Source: the human T2T-CHM13v2.0 reference genome, Homo sapiens
DNA length: 64,000 nt
Assembly: GCF_009914755.1 (NCBI RefSeq)
Contig: NC_060945.1
Direction: 5' to 3' (one strand)
Position 1 is the first letter of the stretch. Each line of letters opens with the position of its first letter. The notes under the pieces were generated by a model that worked only from the letters and a program-made list of their open reading frames with translations, was not told the DNA's origin and made no database searches. The position numbers were made by a program, and so were the translations under genes. Shown one piece after another: positions 58,780-64,000 of this stretch.

Positions 58780-60070
58780 TAAGTCTCCCCTGCATTATGG
58801 TGTACTGTTAGTGTGTCACTCATATCATATCAGATTCCTTAAACATTTGTTTGCATAAAGTCCCCATGTGATTCTATTCCCCATAGTAAGTACCTGCTTC
58901 TCTAGCACCATGTACTATGTACTATGCACAAGTAGCCAGAATCAGATTTGTCTACAGAATTGGAGAACTATTATCTCCGAACTTTTGTTCTCCTGCTAAC
59001 AGCTCTTAAACATTGAGAGATGTGTGTAGAGGCTTAAATACTCCAAGCGCTTTTTCTCTAATCAGGAATAGACTATTTTTGAAGGATTGAGTAAAAGCTG
59101 TTCTTTGCAGGACTTTTCTATTATCATACTCATTTTTGGACTCCTCTCATGTCCTGTCTCATTTCCCCATGTGGTTATCAACTTGTCTAGGGATAATGTA
59201 AAATAACACATATCATGCTGGTCTCAGGACAAAACTCCATTTATTACAGTTGGTGCAAAACAGTCAGATTTTATGCCTATGATGCTGGTATAATTATTAT
59301 ACCATGATATTGACCCATTTCACTCCAAAACCCCTTCTAGTTTGTATAATAATTTATACAGTCATCATTTTATAATGTGAAATAGTCACAACCACAACCA
59401 CATTCTACCCAGGAGAGAGAGTGTAGAAAAATCTATGATAATTTAGGAAAGAAAGAGTCAGACAAAGCAGGTGCTCTTGAAGTTTAAAAACAAAACACAT
59501 TTTGAACATGCAAGAAACTTTGTGAATACTGTTTGCGGAAGCCTCCTTGACAACATTATGAGGGGATGAACTCCAGGTGGAAAGGAGTAATTGCTATTTA
59601 ACAAATAAATGAAAGAAAGGCTAAAGTTGACAGAATAGATTATATATTGTATATGCTCTGATAATGTGGAAATAATTCATCTAACACAAAACGGAACAGA
59701 TGGCTTTGATAAGAAGATAAAAAATAAAGTTAGTTTTCTGATTACATCATCGTAATTGCTAGATGTCAAAGGGTATTATTTAAAGCTACAAATCAAATAG
59801 TAAAAGATCAAGTCTATTTAAGGAAACAATGAAAAACACTCGAAAGTTATTGATATCTATTAAATGTGGGTGATGGTATCCTGGAAAGGGGAAAGGAAAA
59901 CTATACAACTTCATGTTCATGGTGTTTAAAAGAATTGAAGAAAAAGGATATTTTACAAACGTAAAATCATTCATGCAATTTCTAGAGCAAAATTATAAAC
60001 TTCCCTAAATATTAAAAATACACCAAAAGAAAAAATAAAAATAGACACCCATACTGAATATTTCATACAT

Positions 60071-60280
60071 TGTGATGGTTAGTTTTTGTGTGTCAACTTG
60101 CCTAGGCTATGGTATCCACTTCTGTTAAACACTAATCTAAATACACCAGTCTGGATGTTGCTGTCTGATGAGGTTAACACTGATGATCAGTAGACCTTAA
60201 ATGAAACAGATATCCTCCATAACGTGGGTGAGTCTCACCCAATCTGTTGAAGATCTTAAGAGTAAGGATTAAGGAAGAAA
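60071..60280 (+). mobile_element. MLT2 LTR (HERV-L 5' LTR), 5' part only
   Basis: tgtgatggttagtttttgtgtgtcaacttg start; ctccataacgtgggtgagtctcacccaatc. Confidence 0.8.
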
Positions 60281-61740
60281 TGGGATCCTCAAAATTTGAA
60301 TGGGTCATCTGAAAATACTATAAATGAAGAAAAGGGAATTGTACTCTTAAATTTTACTGAATTTTAGAAGTGTCCCTTTCACCATCATTTAGAGATTAAA
60401 CCTGCATTGACTGAGGAAACTGTAATGCCCCGTCCCCAGGTAGTTTCCTTGCAAGATGCTGTTAATCCTCCTCAGCGCCCCCCTCCCACGACTCTTTTAT
60501 TCTAGACTTGTACCTAGACTCAAGTTCTAGCAGAAAGCTGAGGTCGAAGTGTACCCCATGAGTAGATATGCCAGAAGCCAAAAGAACTACATAATTTTTT
60601 CAATTTATACACACAGAAACCCTGGGAATATGTGAGAAATAAGTATTAAGGTTGTGGGATAGTAGGAACATAACGTTGGATCTGGCTAAATTTATTGATA
60701 CAGGCCAGCTAAGCAGAGATCCTTCATTTAATAGTGCAGCATGAGGGGTTAGAAAAAGATCTAACAGTTTAGTTGATTGGTTCAAACAAAAGCTGGTCTA
60801 CACTACAAATGAAATTGAAAATTTCCGATTATTTATTCCTGACCTAGAACTCTTTCTTTAGCTTATACAGATCAGGTAAGAATTTAGCACACTCTCCATC
60901 TATTCTACCCCTAGGGACACCAAGATCAATTAGCCAATTCCATAAGTTATCTGTGAGTCGGACTATTTGTCTAATTGATCTAGGTCAAGAAATAGGAGTC
61001 TAAATTGAATCATAAAAGCAGAAAGCGCACCTCTATCAATTCCCAGAATGGAGCCAATTACTGATCCAGAACTCCTTGAATGAAAGGGAGGCCAGGTTCC
61101 CTTGAGGAAGGACTTCGCTATACTGCCAAAAAAATTTATATCATTAATCTTTCCCCATCCTTTCCAAAAGGGATGTATAGCCTTTTGTCAGGGTGACTTT
61201 GCATTAGGAGAAAAACAAGTAATCAATACTGAACATTGGATCCAAACTGATTCCAGGAGACCTAAAACATTGCTGCAATATATCAGAGTAGGGGCTTATA
61301 GGTCAGTTGAATAATGGAGTTATAGCCAAGGTGCATTTTACAGTTGGTCCAGTGGATCCCTGATCCCATCCTATGGTTATTTTCCCAACTCAGAATGTAG
61401 GGGTGCTGATATCCACCACATGCCCATTTAACTTGCCTATTTGCTTGTGCAGAAAACAGATGGATCTTGGAGAATGACAATGAATTATCATAAGCTTTAC
61501 CCACGTGGTAACACCAATTACAGCTGTTGTACCAGATGTAGTTGCATTGCTTGAGTGCATTAACGCATGCCCTGGTATCCGGTATGCAGCTATTGATATA
61601 ATACGTGCTTTTTCCTTTTCACCTGTTAGTAGAGTCCACTAAAGCTGTTTACGTTCAGCTTGCAAAACCACAATATGCCTTTATTTTCATACCTCAGGAG
61701 AATATTAACTCTTCAGCCCTATGCTAAAGTTTAGTCCACA
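60281..61740 (+). mobile_element. HERV-L/ERVL internal sequence: deleted gag, pro and start of pol (RT), degenerate
   Basis: gag-like cctgcattgactgaggaaac and ctagactcaag; pol-like cagaaaacagatggatcttggagaatgaca (QKTDGSWRMT) and tatgcagctattgat (YAAID). Confidence 0.85.
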
Positions 61741-62414
61741 CCACAATACACATTTATTTTCATACCTTAGGAGAATATCAACTCTTCAGCCCTATTCTAT
61801 AGTTTAGTCCACACCACAGTACACTTTTATTTTCATACCTTAGGAGAATATTAACTCTTCAGCCCTATGCTGTAGTTTAGTCCATACCACAGGACACCTT
61901 TATTTTCATACCTTATGAGAATATTAACTCTTCAGCCCTATGCTATAGTTTAGTCCACACCATAGTACACCTTTATTTTCATATCTTAGGAGAATATTAA
62001 CTCTTCAGCCCTATGCTATAGTTTAGTCTACACCACAATACACCTTTATTTTCATACCTTAGGAGAATATTAACTCTTCAGCCATATGCTATAGTTTAGT
62101 CCACACCACAGTACACCTTTATTTTCATACCTTATGGGAATATTAACTCTTCAGCCCTATGCTGTAGTTTAGTTCACACCACAGTACACCTTTATTTTCA
62201 TACCTTAGGAGAATATTAACTCTTCAGCCCTATGCTATAGTTTAGTCCACACCATAGTACACCTTTATTTTCATATCTTAGGAGAATATTAACTCTTCAG
62301 CCCTATGCTATAGTTTAGTCCACACCACAATACACCTTTATTTTCATACCTTAGGAGAATATCAACTCTTCAGCCCTATGCTATAGTTTAGTCCACACCA
62401 CAGTACACCTTTAT
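61666..62414 (+). repeat. 73-bp minisatellite, 10 full units plus 19 bp, derived from HERV-L RT
   Basis: Exact 73-bp period (TTATTTTCAT at 61681, 61754, 61827 ... 62338). Confidence 0.97.
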
Positions 62415-62860
62415 GACTTGGCAATGCAGGCTCTTTTTTGGTTCCATATGAACTTTAAAGTAGTTTTTTCCAATTCTGTGAAGAAAGTCATTGGTAGCTT
62501 GATGGGGATGGCATTGAATCTATAAATTACCTTGGGCAGTATGGCCATTTTCATGATATTGATTCTTCCTATCCATGAGCATGGAAGGCTTTTCCATTTG
62601 TTTGTGTCCGCTCTTATTTCCTTGAGCAGTGGTTTGTAGTTCTCCTTGAAGAGGTTCTTCAATCCCTTTTAAGTTGTATTCCTAGGTACTTTATTTTCTT
62701 TGTAACAATTGTGAATGGGAGTTCACTCATGATTTGGCTCTCTGTTTGTCTGTTATTTGTGTATAGGAATGCTTGTGATTTTGCACATTGAAGAAGTTGC
62801 TTGTCAGCTTAAGAAAAACCTCCTGAGACGATGGGGTTTTCTAAATATACAATCATGTAA
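62415..62860 (-). mobile_element. L1PA ORF2 internal fragment, antisense, with no tail
   Basis: ORF 62411-62662 [51 protein letters not shown] is close to young L1 ORF2p. Confidence 0.92.
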
Positions 62861-63341
62861 TTGACTTTATTTCTTGGTCTTTAAAGATACTGGACACAGC
62901 CACTGCATAGAAATTCCAAAAAAAAAGCGTATGCTTCTCCTCATATATAGCCTATCAATTTCAAGTAGCAAAGAAAATGGAAGACATTTTTATTCTTCAC
63001 TTTTCTCAGTTGATCAGGATTAATAACTAGAAAATGAGTATTCTGCTTCCCTTCACACATGATATGCATTTGATGGGATAATTAGATCAACATCACTCTT
63101 ACTTTCTACAGTCATTGTGACTGCATTTGGGAAGAGAAAATGTGCCAGTACAAAACCATATTGCAGTATATAAATACAATTGTTTTATTTATTTCCTAGT
63201 TACAGAACTGTGAAACATATTCACTGTCAACTAAATACTAATGATTATGACAGTTTTTCCCTGACACAATATTTTCCCAGATACATATGATCGTTTATTG
63301 TCATTTTTAACATTTTCTTATAACGATTGTTGATTGTAGCC

Positions 63342-64000
63342 TGTATTAGTTCGTACTCACACTGCTGATAAAGACATACCCAAGGCCAGGTGCAGTGGCT
63401 CATGCTTGTAATCCCAGCACTTTGGGGGGCTGAAGCAGGTGGATCATGAGGTCAGGCATTCAAGACCAGCCTGGCCAAAATGGGGAAACCCTGTCTCTAC
63501 TAAAAACACAAAAATTAATGGGGCTTGGTGTAATCCAGCTACTCAGAAGGCTGTGATCCCAGCTACTCAGGAGGCTGAGGCAGGAGAATTTGCTTGAACC
63601 TGGGAGGTGGAGGTTTCAGTGAACTGAGATCGCACCACTGCACTCCAGCCTGGGCAAGAGTGAGATTTCATGTCAAAAAAAAAAAAAAAAAAAAAAAAAA
63701 AGACATGTCTGGAACTGAGAAGAAAATGAGATTTCATGGACTTACAGTTCCACATGGCTGGAGAGGCCTCATAATCATGGCAGAAGGGAAGGAGGAGCAA
63801 ATCACGTCTTACATGGATGGTGGCAGGCAACGAGAGAGAGCTTATGCCTGGAAACTTCCATTTTTAAAACAGTCAGATCTCATGAGACTTATTCACTAGC
63901 ACACGAACAGCATGAGAAAGACCATGATTCAATTATCTCCCACCGGGTCCCTCCCACCATGTGGGAATTATGGGGGCTACAAGATAAGATTTGGGTGGGG
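63342..64000 (-). mobile_element. THE1B LTR (runs off the window end), interrupted by Alu
   Basis: ctgctgataaagacataccc; gaggagcaaatcacgtcttacatggatggtggcaggc; gatttgggtgggg. Confidence 0.9.
63384..63700 (+). mobile_element. AluSg-like with a small internal deletion/duplication
   Basis: Dimeric Alu with long A tail; TSD aaagacat; ccagctactcagraggctg duplicated at ~63535-63578. Confidence 0.93.

Noticed and set aside
61666-62414. CRISPR-like regularly spaced array
   Set aside because: Units are head-to-tail and near-identical over the full 73 bp with no unique spacers; there are no cas genes and the context is primate DNA

Overview
This is AT-rich, CpG-depleted primate (probably human or great-ape) genomic DNA, either intergenic or deep intronic. 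I see no intact protein-coding gene, RNA gene, CpG island or CRISPR array. Much of the window is interspersed repeats: L1 (L1PA13-16-like, L1PB, L1MA, old L1M), Alu (J/S/Y and a monomer), L2, L3/CR1, MIR, ERV1 LTRs (MER57, MER34, MER4A/B), MaLR (THE1, MST, MLT1), a rearranged HERV-L provirus and DNA transposons (MER47B, MER58B, MER45, Arthur1, MADE1). The ORF track is mostly L1/Alu debris or chance ORFs; the exception is a minus-strand HSP90AA1-derived retrocopy. The most unusual structures are: (1) that retrocopy (20891-21382), which has a TSD, fuses mid-CDS directly to distal 3'UTR and sits inside MER58B; (2) a 73-bp minisatellite amplified from the HERV-L reverse-transcriptase LPQG motif, with a 4-unit higher-order period and a tail-less L1 fragment at its end; (3) a likely orphan 3' transduction with stacked poly(A) tails inside MER4B; (4) a 29-bp VNTR carrying five STAT/BCL6-type TTCTAGGAA motifs; and (5) several locally templated insertion or inversion scars. 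I cannot support a new multi-gene biological system here. Repeat subfamily names come from my recall of consensus sequences and need RepeatMasker/Dfam confirmation.
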